Notes: a model not told the origin generated them from the letters alone. A stretch of 64,000 bases of DNA from Candidatus Saccharimonadia bacterium (GCA_963717365.1 OY970327.1:991752-1055751), one strand, 5' to 3'; shown: positions 9,823-19,782, counted from the stretch's first letter. Made by a program: numbers and translations.

Positions 9823-11118
9823 TCAAGTGACAAACTCCTTTCTGAGCCATTCATCAAGGCCGCCACCGCCGCCGCCTGACATACAAATTACCAGATCACC
9901 GCGATCTATATGTTTTTGAATCTGCACTTTAAGGTCGGGGTTCAACCCGGACGGTTCGGCGATTTCCGGGTTATCCATCTTCATAATTAATTCGGCGGGC
10001 GTAAGAACTGTCTGGGCAGAATCTTCGCGGGCCAGGTAGCTGGGAACCCAGTAGAGCTTCTTAACACCTTCAAATAATGTCGCGTATTCATCCTGGATAT
10101 AGTGTTGTCGACGGTCAGTCAGCGGTTCGTATACCACCACTATATTGTCTGATAACTCCCGGGCAGTTTGCAGGCAGCCTCGGATCTTGGGGATAGTGTG
10201 GGCATAGTCGGTGTACAGGTTATCAGCCAGCTTTTCAAAACGCCGACTCAGGCCGGGAAATGCATTTATTTTTTCAATCAGTAACTCTATTGGGTGGTTA
10301 GTTAACGCGTGTACGCCTTGGATAACCTGCCAAGCGTTGCGCCGGTTAACCTCGCCAATAAGAGTAACTTGACTCATAGAAGGGTCACTGTCGTCCAAAA
10401 TGGAGTAGTTTGGGGCGGTTTTCAGGTGGTTGCCCTCTACATCACTCTTCCATACTATATTCCACTCAGATTGGCTTAGAAATTGCTTAAATGCCGAACG
10501 GTAGTCATCACGCGTTGGAAATATCTCCTGGTGGTCGTAGTCTATACCGGTAACTAGGTTCATGTAGGGGTAAAATGCTAAGAAATTACGATCAAATTCA
10601 TCACACTCAAGTACAAAATACTCGCTGTGAGCGTCAAAATTACCCATTTCACCAAATGGTATTTTGGCACCGACTGAATAGCTGAGAGGCATAGCCAGCT
10701 GCTTAAACAGCCATATGGCCATAGCGGTAGTAGTTGTCTTGCCGTGCGTACCGGCAATTGCTACCAGTTTTTTATTGGTATCCTCGATAATTTTGTTAAG
10801 CAGCTCGTCGCGTTTGCTTTGTCTAATATTATTTGCCTGTGCAAAGACTAGCTCTGGGTGTTCCGGATTTTCAATAGCGACTGCCGAGGAATACACCAGC
10901 CAGTCAATCGACGCACGACCGTGCACTTCTTGGATTTGCTGCGTAGTCTGACCAATGCTTATTTCCTGGATGCCGTGCTTACGTAAATAATCGATGTACT
11001 GTGACTCTTGCTTATCAGACCCTGAGACAGTAAAGCCCGCCTGGTGGGCGATCATTGCCAGCGGTCCGATAGCGGTGCCGCCAATACCTGAAAAGAAGAT
11101 ATGCATAGGCTTAAGCAT
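9823..11118 (-). CDS. Mur ligase family protein (MurC/Mpl-like)
   Basis: 431 aa. N-terminal Rossmann FFSGIGGTAIGPLAMIAHQAGFTVSGSD and P-loop AIAGTHGKTTTTAMAIW. Unusual C-terminal MSGGGGGGLDEW. It is not in a dcw cluster in this window, so the substrate is unassigned. Confidence 0.7.
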   Translation of the reverse strand: MLKPMHIFFSGIGGTAIGPLAMIAHQAGFTVSGSDKQESQYIDYLRKHGIQEISIGQTTQQIQEVHGRASIDWLVYSSAVAIENPEHPELVFAQANNIRQSKRDELLNKIIEDTNKKLVAIAGTHGKTTTTAMAIWLFKQLAMPLSYSVGAKIPFGEMGNFDAHSEYFVLECDEFDRNFLAFYPYMNLVTGIDYDHQEIFPTRDDYRSAFKQFLSQSEWNIVWKSDVEGNHLKTAPNYSILDDSDPSMSQVTLIGEVNRRNAWQVIQGVHALTNHPIELLIEKINAFPGLSRRFEKLADNLYTDYAHTIPKIRGCLQTARELSDNIVVVYEPLTDRRQHYIQDEYATLFEGVKKLYWVPSYLAREDSAQTVLTPAELIMKMDNPEIAEPSGLNPDLKVQIQKHIDRGDLVICMSGGGGGGLDEWLRKEFVT

Positions 11119-11173
11119 ACCTAAAAGAAGTGCTATACTGCAATTACGCTAAGGCAAACAAAAAACTAATACT

Positions 11174-12382
11174 ATGCTTCAAAAATTCTTCAGACGATTT
11201 GTCCAGCCGCGCCATTATTGGCGTGACGTTAATTTTGACGAGTTAACCGAACTGTATACCAGTATGATGTTCCGCAGTCTGGCTATCGGACTGGTGGGTA
11301 TTTTTATACCAATTTATTTGTACCAGAATGGCAGTCCTGTCTGGCAGATTTTATTCTTTTACATGATTCTGTTTACGACACACATGTTTGCCAGTATTAT
11401 GGCGGCATTTGTCATTGCCAGAATTGGTCCTAAACACACCATATTAGTCAGTTATGTATTTCAAGCAATCAGTATGATAGGGCTGATATCGCTTTATGAG
11501 CAAAACATACCCATATACTTGATTGCCGTTACTACCGGTATTGCCAACGTACTGTTCTTTGTTGCTTTCCATACCGGGTTTTCTAAGGTTAAACACAGCG
11601 AGCATGGCGGCAAAGAGGTGGGCTGGATGTATATTATGAACAAAATAGGCCTGACCCTCGGCCCAATTATAGGGGGTGTTGTGGCATACTACTTTGGCTC
11701 GCAATACATCTTTATGGTAGCCCTAGGCATGCTTTGCATTGGGGTACTGCCCCTATTCTTCACCGGCGAAGCGGTAAAAATTAAACAAAAACTGGACTTT
11801 AGGCACTTAAAAGTCTCTGACATTAAGTATGATTTGATTTCACATAGCGCCTTAGCTTTGGAACTCAGTATTTCTTTAATGGTCTGGCCACTATTCCTAG
11901 GGGTAATGGTATTCCAGGAAAACCCTTACCTTCAACTTGGAAGCGTTGCTTCACTCTCTATCATTGCTTCATTGCTGACGGCTCACGCAATAGGTCGGTT
12001 AATCGATAAGAAAAAAGGAAGAAGCTTACTCCGGTACGGGCTTGTCTTAAATGCAATTCTACATTTGTTTAGGCCGTTTACTAATAGTTATAGTTCTGTA
12101 CTTGCCACGAACCTTGTGAATGAAGGAGTAACCATCGCTTATACAATGCCTTTCACGAAAGGAATGTATGATGCTGCGGATCAGCTGTCTGGCCATCGGA
12201 TTGTCTACTTCTGCACCCTGGAATCAGCAGGGTCGTTTGTCAGATTGATATTCTTCGGTTGTGCTAGCATGATAGCTTTCTCTCATGGCAACTCCCGCCT
12301 GTTCTTCCTGGGTTTATTCGCTGTAGGTTCCATCGCTTCGTTAGTTATTATGAAAGAGCGTTTCCGGGCGTTGAATCCATAG
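11174..12382 (+). CDS. MFS-type transporter
   Basis: 402 aa with roughly 12 hydrophobic segments in two halves separated by a charged loop (KIKQKLDFRHLK). Confidence 0.65.
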   Translation: MLQKFFRRFVQPRHYWRDVNFDELTELYTSMMFRSLAIGLVGIFIPIYLYQNGSPVWQILFFYMILFTTHMFASIMAAFVIARIGPKHTILVSYVFQAISMIGLISLYEQNIPIYLIAVTTGIANVLFFVAFHTGFSKVKHSEHGGKEVGWMYIMNKIGLTLGPIIGGVVAYYFGSQYIFMVALGMLCIGVLPLFFTGEAVKIKQKLDFRHLKVSDIKYDLISHSALALELSISLMVWPLFLGVMVFQENPYLQLGSVASLSIIASLLTAHAIGRLIDKKKGRSLLRYGLVLNAILHLFRPFTNSYSSVLATNLVNEGVTIAYTMPFTKGMYDAADQLSGHRIVYFCTLESAGSFVRLIFFGCASMIAFSHGNSRLFFLGLFAVGSIASLVIMKERFRALNP

Positions 12383-12385
12383 ATT

Positions 12386-12991
12386 ATGCATATTCGTAAA
12401 CTGTATTATTATCACCATAAAGCTGCCATTCTGAAAGCTTGGTACTTCTTGGTCCCAACTATAATTTTTGCTTTTTTGGCTGTCCAAGGGCTGCGCAGTA
12501 ACTATGCGACCATGGTCAATCTTCGCGAAGCAGTTTATGTTGCTGACCAGCAGAATGGTGACACCGAAGCCGCACTAGCGCGCTTGCGCGCTCATGTTCA
12601 TGGCCACATGAATACTAATCTCGCCAGTGGCAGCAATGCAATTAAACCTCCAATTCAGCTAAAAGCTCGATACGAACGTCTGATGGCAACAGAAGCTGAA
12701 CGAATTAAAGCAACCAACCTTCAGGTAGCCGCAACAGGGGAACAGGTGTGTGGCCAACAGTTCCCAGGTGCGGGGTTTAACGCGCCGCGCGTAGCCTGTG
12801 TCCAGAGTTATGTATCTACTCACGCCGTCACAGAGAGTAAAATCCCTGAACAGCTATACAAGTTTGACTTCGTATCACCTAAATGGTCATTCGACCAAGC
12901 GGGCATTAGCATACTGCTAAGTATTGTCTTCTTCCTCCTGTTTCTTTCACGGTTGGTGCTCGAGTATTTTATGCGTCGCCGAATTAGATAA
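12386..12991 (+). CDS. Hypothetical membrane protein (TM helices at both termini)
   Basis: 201 aa. N-terminal helix WYFLVPTIIFAFLAVQGL and C-terminal helix ISILLSIVFFLLFLSRLVL. No family recognised. Confidence 0.45.
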   Translation: MHIRKLYYYHHKAAILKAWYFLVPTIIFAFLAVQGLRSNYATMVNLREAVYVADQQNGDTEAALARLRAHVHGHMNTNLASGSNAIKPPIQLKARYERLMATEAERIKATNLQVAATGEQVCGQQFPGAGFNAPRVACVQSYVSTHAVTESKIPEQLYKFDFVSPKWSFDQAGISILLSIVFFLLFLSRLVLEYFMRRRIR

Positions 12992-13018
12992 TAACAATCG
13001 TAATTTATTAGAATTTAA

Positions 13019-13048
13019 GAAGCCCCGTTTTTCCGGGGCTTCTATTCT
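13019..13048. terminator. Bidirectional rho-independent terminator between convergent genes
   Basis: GAAGCCCCG-tttttc-CGGGGCTTC, a 9-bp GC-rich stem (13019-13042) followed by tattctt. An A-rich run sits on the other side. Confidence 0.7.
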
Positions 13049-13067
13049 TACGATTTGGACGAAGGAT

Positions 13068-13757
13068 TTATCGTGTTTTGGTGGTAGCAGGCGTAGTTGC
13101 TGCAGGAGTTTTGGTGGTAGCAGGCGTAGTTGCTGCAGGTGTCGTACTTTCGGTGTTAGTAGCACCATTTTGTTGGTTACAATCCTGGCCATTTGGATTA
13201 GCCTTAACGTACTCATCAACTGCTTTGGCTACTTGTCCATCGGTCTTTAGGTTTTCCCAGAAGATAACTTGATCTCGGTATATAACCATTGAATCTTCAG
13301 GACCATGGAGCTCACAACCCAGTTTTACTAATGATATATCGTTAGCTGCGTTGGCAGAATTTGCTTGATCTGGTTGAACTTGTTGATTCACCCGTAAGTA
13401 ATAGATGTTGTTCATATTCAAATAGCGTGAATTGATGTCGTTGATTTTACCAAAGTAAACCTGTCCGCCATTCAAGAAAACTGCCTGGAACTGGTTGCCT
13501 TTTACGGCGTCTAGTTCACTTGAAGCAACGTTTTTAGTAGAGCTCATTAACAATACTACTGCGATAAGCAATACGGTAACTACGCCTAGGAACCCGACAA
13601 AAAAGATTCTAGTCATTTTATCGTTACCATTATATTTTGAGGATTTTGGCCCGGAATTTTTCCCAGCAGCGACATGCGTATTAACCACACCGTCCTCTTG
13701 TGTTTGAGTTTGTGTATTTTGTTGAACTGGGCGTCCGCCTCGATTCATAAAATCCAT
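13068..13757 (-). CDS. Hypothetical membrane-anchored protein with Thr/Pro/Ala-rich repeat tail
   Basis: 229 aa. TM helix IFFVGFLGVVTVLLIAVVLLM. The C-terminus ends TTPAATTPATTKTPAATTPATTKTR. Confidence 0.5.
   Translation of the reverse strand: MDFMNRGGRPVQQNTQTQTQEDGVVNTHVAAGKNSGPKSSKYNGNDKMTRIFFVGFLGVVTVLLIAVVLLMSSTKNVASSELDAVKGNQFQAVFLNGGQVYFGKINDINSRYLNMNNIYYLRVNQQVQPDQANSANAANDISLVKLGCELHGPEDSMVIYRDQVIFWENLKTDGQVAKAVDEYVKANPNGQDCNQQNGATNTESTTPAATTPATTKTPAATTPATTKTR
13077..13139 (-). repeat. Perfect 30-nt unit repeated at 33-bp period inside the 3' end of CDS 13068..13757
   Basis: tttggtggtagcaggcgtagttgctgcagg occurs at 13077-13106 and again at 13110-13139. It is in frame, one 11-aa unit per copy. 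Confidence 0.85.
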
Positions 13758-13852
13758 TTATGTTTCCACCTTCGTTATTTTAGATACTGGATATCAGTGT
13801 AGCATAACCGTAATGATGTGCAAATATGAATGCCTAAAAATCATGACAGGGG

Positions 13853-13882
13853 TTGACAACTAAAAACGCTTGAGAGTATGGT
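13853..13882 (+). promoter_or_regulatory. Sigma70-like promoter for the small ORF at 13924
   Basis: TTGACA (13853-13858), an 18-nt spacer, then TATGGT (13877-13882). Confidence 0.45.
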
Positions 13883-13923
13883 AGGGGTACCATCAGTTAA
13901 CAACAGAGGGAGATGTAAACATA

Positions 13924-14127
13924 ATGGCAACATACAAGCACACTAACAGTAAAGGTGTAACGTACTACCTAAATTCGAAGAACGTTATACTTCGCGGCGG
14001 TAAAGAACAGACTATCTATTACTTCAGCAAAGATGATCGCAAAGACACCGGCGTTGATCTGCCATCAGGTAAAGTAGTCAACGAAAATCCACGCAACGGA
14101 TTTTTGACACTTAAAACCAAAGTTTAG
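13924..14127 (+). CDS. Small hypothetical protein (67 aa)
   Basis: It has its own promoter-like element upstream, GAGGGAG before the ATG, and a strong terminator downstream. Confidence 0.55.
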   Translation: MATYKHTNSKGVTYYLNSKNVILRGGKEQTIYYFSKDDRKDTGVDLPSGKVVNENPRNGFLTLKTKV

Positions 14128-14147
14128 AATTTCACTACATAATTTAT

Positions 14148-14186
14148 GCGCCCTAGGTATACTACCTGCGGGCGCTTAATTATTTT
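14148..14186 (+). terminator. Rho-independent terminator
   Basis: GCGCCCtAGGTAtacTACCTgcGGGCGC hairpin (14148-14175) followed by ttaattatttt. Confidence 0.65.
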
Positions 14187-14342
14187 ATAATTAAAAACAG
14201 TCACTATACACCTGAATCTTTGAATCCTCCAAAACTTTTGATAGATAGATCTGATTAACAATTAATGAAGATTGGCTAGCAAGTAAAGCGGGCTGTATTC
14301 AGGTGGGTTCAAGACTCAGGGGTTAAGAGGTAGAGGGTAGTA

Positions 14343-15140
14343 ATGGATAAGACTAAAGTAAAGGCATTCAAAAACAGAATGGCACAGCAGCCGATCGTTG
14401 AAGTCGTTGGTCTTACTAAGCAATATGGATCTAAAAAAGTAGTTAAAGATATCAGTTTTTCAGTTGAAGAAGGTGAGATTTTTGGTATTTTAGGGCCTAA
14501 TGGTGCTGGGAAAACTACAACACTTGAAATGATCGAAGCGTTGCGGCCAATTGACGGCGGCACCGCCATACTGGCCGGCTATGACGTGGCAACCTACCCT
14601 AATGAAGTAAAAGCCCTGATTGGGGTTCAGCCTCAAACACCGTCATTCGAAGAAAAAACTAAACTGACCGAGCTAATTGAATTTTTTTCATCCACCTATG
14701 GTGAAAAAGTTGACCCAAAGAAGTTTTTGGCCGAGGTACAACTCTTGGATAAAGCCGACAGCTACCCCGAACAATTATCGGGCGGCCAACGGCAACGATT
14801 TAGTATTGCTGCCGCGCTAGTACATGGGCCGAAGGTGTTCTTTCTTGACGAACCAACCACTGGACTTGACCCGCAAGCCAGGCGCAATTTATGGGACTTA
14901 ATTCGGGATGTCCGCGACAGGGGCGTAACAGTAATTATGACAACGCACTACATGGATGAGGCCGAGCTGCTCTGCGACCGGGTGGCAGTAATGGACAATG
15001 GCAGAATTATCGCGCTCGATACGCCAAAGAACCTGATTACGGCACTGCTTAAAAAAGGCTTTAAAAAAGACACTACCGTCCAGCAGGCTGACTTGGAAGA
15101 TGTGTTTATCGATTTAACCGGTAAAGAGCTAAGGGACTAG
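14343..15140 (+). CDS. ABC transporter ATP-binding protein (ABC-2/DrrA-like exporter)
   Basis: Walker A GPNGAGKTT, signature LSGGQRQR and Walker B VFFLDEPTTGLD. Confidence 0.9.
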   Translation: MDKTKVKAFKNRMAQQPIVEVVGLTKQYGSKKVVKDISFSVEEGEIFGILGPNGAGKTTTLEMIEALRPIDGGTAILAGYDVATYPNEVKALIGVQPQTPSFEEKTKLTELIEFFSSTYGEKVDPKKFLAEVQLLDKADSYPEQLSGGQRQRFSIAAALVHGPKVFFLDEPTTGLDPQARRNLWDLIRDVRDRGVTVIMTTHYMDEAELLCDRVAVMDNGRIIALDTPKNLITALLKKGFKKDTTVQQADLEDVFIDLTGKELRD

Positions 15141-15142
15141 CT

Positions 15143-16258
15143 ATGGGTAAGATCCGAAAACAGTTATTACCAGTATTTACCTTCGCGAAGATTGATATTC
15201 GCCGCCTGTTCCGAGATAAAGTGGGTATTTTCTTTGTCTTCGCATTTCCCTTGATATTCCTGTTTATCTTCGGCGGTTTATTTGGCAGCGATAATGATAT
15301 TTCTTTTAAAGTTGGCGTGCTAAACCAGTCGGAAACCCAATTCTCTAAAGATTTTAGCGGCCAACTGCAGCAAAATAAGGTATTTGAAATTGATAAAGAA
15401 GTTACTAGCCTTGATAAAGCCCGCGAAAAAATGAACCGTAGCGAGATAGACGCGACAATTATATTGCCGCCCGACTTTGGAGAAACAAAGGACAAGCCAT
15501 ATCCAAACGGAGAAGCAAAGGTGTTATACGACCAAAATAACGAGCAGGCTGGGCAAACACTTGCTTCCATATTAGAAGGAGTATTTAAAGAAATAAACGG
15601 CGGGCTGGTGCCAAGCGAAACGCCATTTGTCGTTGCTACGGAGTCTACGGCTACAGCCGGGTTAACTCCTTTTGATTACACCTTTTCTGGCTTGCTTGGC
15701 TTTGCAGTGTTGTCTCTGGGTATTTTTGGTCCGGCCAACGTTTTTCCTCGTCTTAAGTCCCGCGGCGTACTGCGCCGTTATCACACGACCACGCTCAAAG
15801 TCTGGCAATATTTCCTGGGCAATGTATTATCAACCGCGACAGCCGGTCTACTGTCGATTGGGCTGATGTTTATCGTGGCTCTCACTGTCTTTGATCTAAA
15901 CATGAAAGGCGATTACCTCAGTTTCACACTGCTCATTGTGCTAGGAACGGTCGTATTATTTGGTATCGGCTTAGCTGTCGGCGGCTGGGCAAAAAACGAG
16001 AACCAGGCAGCACCACTGGCAAACTTAATATCATTTCCGATGATGTTTTTGAGCGGTACCTTCTTCCCTCGGTTCTTAATGCCCGACTGGTTACAGAATG
16101 TATCTGCATTGCTTCCACTAACGCCGGTAGTAGATGGCGCTCGCCTGATTGCTACCGAAGGCAGAACAATCTTTGAAATTGGTCCGCAAGTAGGACTTTT
16201 GGTCGCGTGGGCTGTTATTATTTACGCGATTGCGTTCCGTGTGTTTAGATGGGAGTAA
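15143..16258 (+). CDS. ABC-2 type transporter permease
   Basis: 371 aa. N-terminal TM helix, a large extracytoplasmic loop, then 5 C-terminal TM helices. Starts 3 nt after the ATPase stop. Confidence 0.8.
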   Translation: MGKIRKQLLPVFTFAKIDIRRLFRDKVGIFFVFAFPLIFLFIFGGLFGSDNDISFKVGVLNQSETQFSKDFSGQLQQNKVFEIDKEVTSLDKAREKMNRSEIDATIILPPDFGETKDKPYPNGEAKVLYDQNNEQAGQTLASILEGVFKEINGGLVPSETPFVVATESTATAGLTPFDYTFSGLLGFAVLSLGIFGPANVFPRLKSRGVLRRYHTTTLKVWQYFLGNVLSTATAGLLSIGLMFIVALTVFDLNMKGDYLSFTLLIVLGTVVLFGIGLAVGGWAKNENQAAPLANLISFPMMFLSGTFFPRFLMPDWLQNVSALLPLTPVVDGARLIATEGRTIFEIGPQVGLLVAWAVIIYAIAFRVFRWE

Positions 16259-16261
16259 GCT

Positions 16262-16660
16262 ATGGAAGATTCAGTTTTTACCAAAATTATTAAGGGCGAG
16301 ATCCCGGTTCACAAGCTTTACGAAGATGAGCAGACGCTGGCGTTTCTTGATATCCATCCTGTGCAGCCAGGCCATACCTTGGTTATCCCAAAAACACAGA
16401 TTGAGTTTATCTGGGATCTGCCTGATGATTTGTACCAGGCAGTCATGATGACTTCAAAAAAAGTAGCCTTACACATCAGAGAAGTATTCGGCGTGCGGTA
16501 TGTGCATGAACGAATTGTAGGGGTTGATGTGCCTCATGCTCACGTTCAACTTATTCCTTTCAATAATTCTTCTGAATTAAAATATGAGCCCGATAAGAGT
16601 GCTCCTGCCGACCATGATGCCTTAGCCGTAATTGCTAAGAAATTACGGCTTTTCGATTAA
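16262..16660 (+). CDS. HIT family (histidine triad) protein, HxHxQ variant
   Basis: 132 aa. FTKIIKGEIPVHKLYEDEQTLAFLDIHPVQPGHTLVIPK and VPHAHVQLIP. The third histidine of the triad reads Gln (caa). Confidence 0.8.
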   Translation: MEDSVFTKIIKGEIPVHKLYEDEQTLAFLDIHPVQPGHTLVIPKTQIEFIWDLPDDLYQAVMMTSKKVALHIREVFGVRYVHERIVGVDVPHAHVQLIPFNNSSELKYEPDKSAPADHDALAVIAKKLRLFD

Positions 16661-18157
16661 TGTTAATCTTTGACTATCTTTATTGCCGATAAGACGCTTA
16701 TAAACAAGTTGGGCACTGATAAGACACATCGGTAGACCAATGCCCGGCGCTGTGCCTGCACCGACGTAATAGAGATTGCTAACTTTCTTTGACTGGTTTG
16801 AGGGACGGAAAGCAGCGGTTTGCCGTAAGGTGTGGGCAAAACCCAGTGCCGAGCCACAATAGCTGTTGAATTGCTGTTGAAAGTCTTTGCAACAAACAAT
16901 TTTTTTGTAAACAATGGCATCTCTTAAACCGTCCAGATGCATGACGCGTTCCATAGTGGCCAATATCCAGCTAGTATAATTTTCTAGATCTTTGTCACTG
17001 TAACTGGTGCTGGCCGGAAGTGGTACTAGCACAAACAGATTTTCATGTTTCTTAGGTGCAACCGTTTTATCAGTTTTATTAGGGTTGCAGACATAAAAAG
17101 ATGGGTCGGCCGGCCATTTTTTAGTTTTGAAAATAGCGTTGAAATTAGCACTCCAATCCTGGCTAAACACGAGATTATGGTGCCGGAGATTTGGGTATTC
17201 TTTTTCTACGCCCAGATATAGCAGCAAGGCTCCCGGAGCCATAACTCGTTTGCTAAAATAGCGATCAGAGTAGCTGCGATCCTGGCTCTTCAAAAGTTTT
17301 TGCTCGGTATGGACAATGTCGGCGTTGCTAATAACGATGTCGGCGGCAATACTTGCGCCGTCTTCAAGTCTTACTCCTTTCGCCTGGCCGTTTTTAACGG
17401 TAATCGTATCTACTGGGGCATTATAGACTATGGTAGTTCCACGGTCTTTGGCTAAGTCCACCAGCGTTTCCACAAGTCGATAGATACCACCTTCTGGGTA
17501 GGAGACGCCTTGATTAAAATCGATATGACTCATAAGGCTGTACAGCGCCGGTGCTTTACTAGGACTGGCACCTAAAAACACCAGTGGATATTGCATTATT
17601 TTTTGGACTTCAACACTTGAGAAGTGTTTTGATACGTATTTTTGCATAGTACTAAAAATATTCATGCGCAGACCTTGTAGTAACATGTGCGGGGTAAGGA
17701 AATCAGTTACAGAGTCGTAGTTTTTATAAAGAAATTGGTCAAGCGCTAAGTTGTATTGATAGGTTGATTTTTCTAGGTAATTTCGTAGTTTATTGCGGGC
17801 TCCTGGTTCAAGTGCCTCGAGTGTATCACCGTCGCGGGTAGTGTCACCAACAATATCGACAGCACCAAATAACTTATCTTTAAAAAATACTCGGTAACTA
17901 GGATCAAGGCGGCTAAGTTTTAATAATTTACTAACATCTTCACCTAAGAGTTCAAAGAAATGTTCAAAAACATCCGGCATTAAATACCAGCTAGGCCCAG
18001 TATCAAAGGTAAAGCCTTCGTCAGTAAATTTACCCGCCCTGCCCCCAGGCTGTCCATTTTTTTCATAAATAGTTACGTTGTAACCGGCTTGTCCCAAAAT
18101 ACACGCAGTTGCCAGACCACCCACCCCGGCGCCAATAATAACTACTTTTTTAGACAT
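16643..18157 (-). CDS. Phytoene desaturase (CrtI)-family FAD-dependent oxidoreductase
   Basis: 504 aa. Dinucleotide fold VVIIGAGVGGLATACILGQAGYNVTIYEKNGQPGGRAG and C-terminal YYVGAGTAPGIGLPMCLISAQ. Confidence 0.75.
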   Translation of the reverse strand: MSKKVVIIGAGVGGLATACILGQAGYNVTIYEKNGQPGGRAGKFTDEGFTFDTGPSWYLMPDVFEHFFELLGEDVSKLLKLSRLDPSYRVFFKDKLFGAVDIVGDTTRDGDTLEALEPGARNKLRNYLEKSTYQYNLALDQFLYKNYDSVTDFLTPHMLLQGLRMNIFSTMQKYVSKHFSSVEVQKIMQYPLVFLGASPSKAPALYSLMSHIDFNQGVSYPEGGIYRLVETLVDLAKDRGTTIVYNAPVDTITVKNGQAKGVRLEDGASIAADIVISNADIVHTEQKLLKSQDRSYSDRYFSKRVMAPGALLLYLGVEKEYPNLRHHNLVFSQDWSANFNAIFKTKKWPADPSFYVCNPNKTDKTVAPKKHENLFVLVPLPASTSYSDKDLENYTSWILATMERVMHLDGLRDAIVYKKIVCCKDFQQQFNSYCGSALGFAHTLRQTAAFRPSNQSKKVSNLYYVGAGTAPGIGLPMCLISAQLVYKRLIGNKDSQRLTLIEKP

Positions 18158-18225
18158 TGTAGACGTATAGTAACAGAGACAGGGGGTTTTTAGATAGCAT
18201 TTATTTGTGTCATAATACTCTACTT

Positions 18226-19179
18226 ATGAATTACCTCAATTTACCGCGCCCTATTTTGATTCTAGCGCCAATGGAAGACGTTACCGACACTGTTTTTCGA
18301 CGAATAATTCAACGTGTCTCGCCGTTTGACCTCTACATGACAGAGTTTACTAATGTGGACGGCCTGCAATCACCCGGCCGCCCCTCGGTAAGCAAGCGTC
18401 TGCAGTTTACTTCTGAAGAACAGCCGCTGATCGCACAGATATGGGGCTCAAAACCAGAAAACTACCACAAAACAGCACTTGAGCTCATTGATATGGGTTT
18501 CGTGGGTATTGATATCAATATGGGCTGTCCAGTTAAAGCGGCAGTCAAAAGCGGCTGTGGCGCCGGTATGATTGAACGCCCTGACCTTGCAGTTGAAGTT
18601 ATCCAAACCGTTCAGTCGGCTGCCGGGGATCGGGTTCCAGTAAGTGTAAAAACTCGTATTGGCACGCGGGAATTTACGCCGAAATGGATTGAAACGCTGC
18701 TCAAACAGAACCTGGCAATGCTCACCATACACCTACGCACTACTAAGGAGCAGTCATTAGTGCCAGCTCATTGGGAGCTGATGCCGCAAATTAAGCAGCT
18801 ACGAGATTTAATTGCGCCCAATACACTTTTAATTGGTAATGGTGATGTGGAAAATCGGACTCAAGCAGAGGAGCTCGCTTCGCAGTACGGTATTGACGGC
18901 GTTATGATTGGCCGCGGCGTATTTCATGACCCGTATGCTTCAGCGGCTGTAAGCCCTTGGGCAGCTACTTCTAAGAATGAAAAGCTTGATCTATACCGTC
19001 AGCATGTAGAGTTGTTTAAAGATACTTGGGGAGATGACGGCCGACCGGTTGCTCCCCTTAATAAATTCTGTAAAACCTATGTCAGTGGCTTTGATGGTGC
19101 CAAAGAGATTCGGGAAACACTGATGCACTGTGGGAATCTCGCTGAACTACACGCCGCAATCATAGCTGCACAAAAGTAA
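18226..19179 (+). CDS. dus: tRNA-dihydrouridine synthase
   Basis: LAPMEDVTDTVFRRI, GIDINMGCPVKAAVKSGCGAGM and HLRT motifs. The track start 18205 is TTG. ATG 18226 follows tgtCATAAT (18208-18216). Confidence 0.85.
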   Translation: MNYLNLPRPILILAPMEDVTDTVFRRIIQRVSPFDLYMTEFTNVDGLQSPGRPSVSKRLQFTSEEQPLIAQIWGSKPENYHKTALELIDMGFVGIDINMGCPVKAAVKSGCGAGMIERPDLAVEVIQTVQSAAGDRVPVSVKTRIGTREFTPKWIETLLKQNLAMLTIHLRTTKEQSLVPAHWELMPQIKQLRDLIAPNTLLIGNGDVENRTQAEELASQYGIDGVMIGRGVFHDPYASAAVSPWAATSKNEKLDLYRQHVELFKDTWGDDGRPVAPLNKFCKTYVSGFDGAKEIRETLMHCGNLAELHAAIIAAQK

Positions 19180-19279
19180 TACTGTTAAATAACAAACAGC
19201 AATTCAGATCAAACTATTGTTTACTAAGCTGTATTGACATAGTCAGTATATGGTACAACATAATCAAAGGAGATTACAC

Positions 19280-19693
19280 ATGGTTGAAAAAGTACGTGAA
19301 GTAGAAGAAACAGTAGTTAGAGACGAAGCGCCAGTAGCAGGTGCCACTAGAAGAGTAAGAACTACAACTACCAATGACGACGACGTGGCTGTAGTCGCAA
19401 CTGGACAAAGTACCACCGAACGAGTCGTATATTTTATTACCGGCATATTGTTAACAATTTTAGCTTTTCGTTTTGTATTATCGTTACTTGGCGCTAACCG
19501 CGAGAATGGCTTTGCAGATTTTATTTATAGTTTTAGTTACCCGTTTGTGGCACCATTTTTTGGGTTGTTTGGGTATGACGTTCAGTATGGCATTTCCCGA
19601 TTTGAAATAGAGACTTTAGTAGCTATGGCGGTTTATGCTCTCATTGCCTACGGTATAGTCAGAATGATCAGAATTGGGCGTAAGGAAACTTAG
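19280..19693 (+). CDS. YggT-like membrane protein (tentative)
   Basis: AFRFVLSLLGANRENGFADFIYSFSYPFVAPFFGLFG resembles the YggT repeat. AAAGGAG lies 7-8 nt upstream of ATG 19280, whereas the track start 19250 lacks an SD. Confidence 0.5.
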   Translation: MVEKVREVEETVVRDEAPVAGATRRVRTTTTNDDDVAVVATGQSTTERVVYFITGILLTILAFRFVLSLLGANRENGFADFIYSFSYPFVAPFFGLFGYDVQYGISRFEIETLVAMAVYALIAYGIVRMIRIGRKET

Positions 19694-19782
19694 AAGCAAT
19701 TTGGTTAGCTAACCTAGAGACATTATGAAGGTGATGCTACGAAGTTTCATCTATATAAAACATTATAAACAATTTGTTAATT

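Noticed and set aside
12924-13272. ORFs 12924..13250 (+), 13078..13272 (+) and 12947..13219 (-)
   Set aside because: They run across a strong bidirectional terminator and the tandem repeat of the real minus-strand gene. The repeat-derived translations (VVAGVVAAGV...) are artefacts.
19713-19724. Perfect 12-bp palindrome GGTTAGCTAACC downstream of 19280..19693, considered as a terminator or operator
   Set aside because: As a hairpin it would have no loop, and no T tract follows. A palindrome this short may occur by chance.
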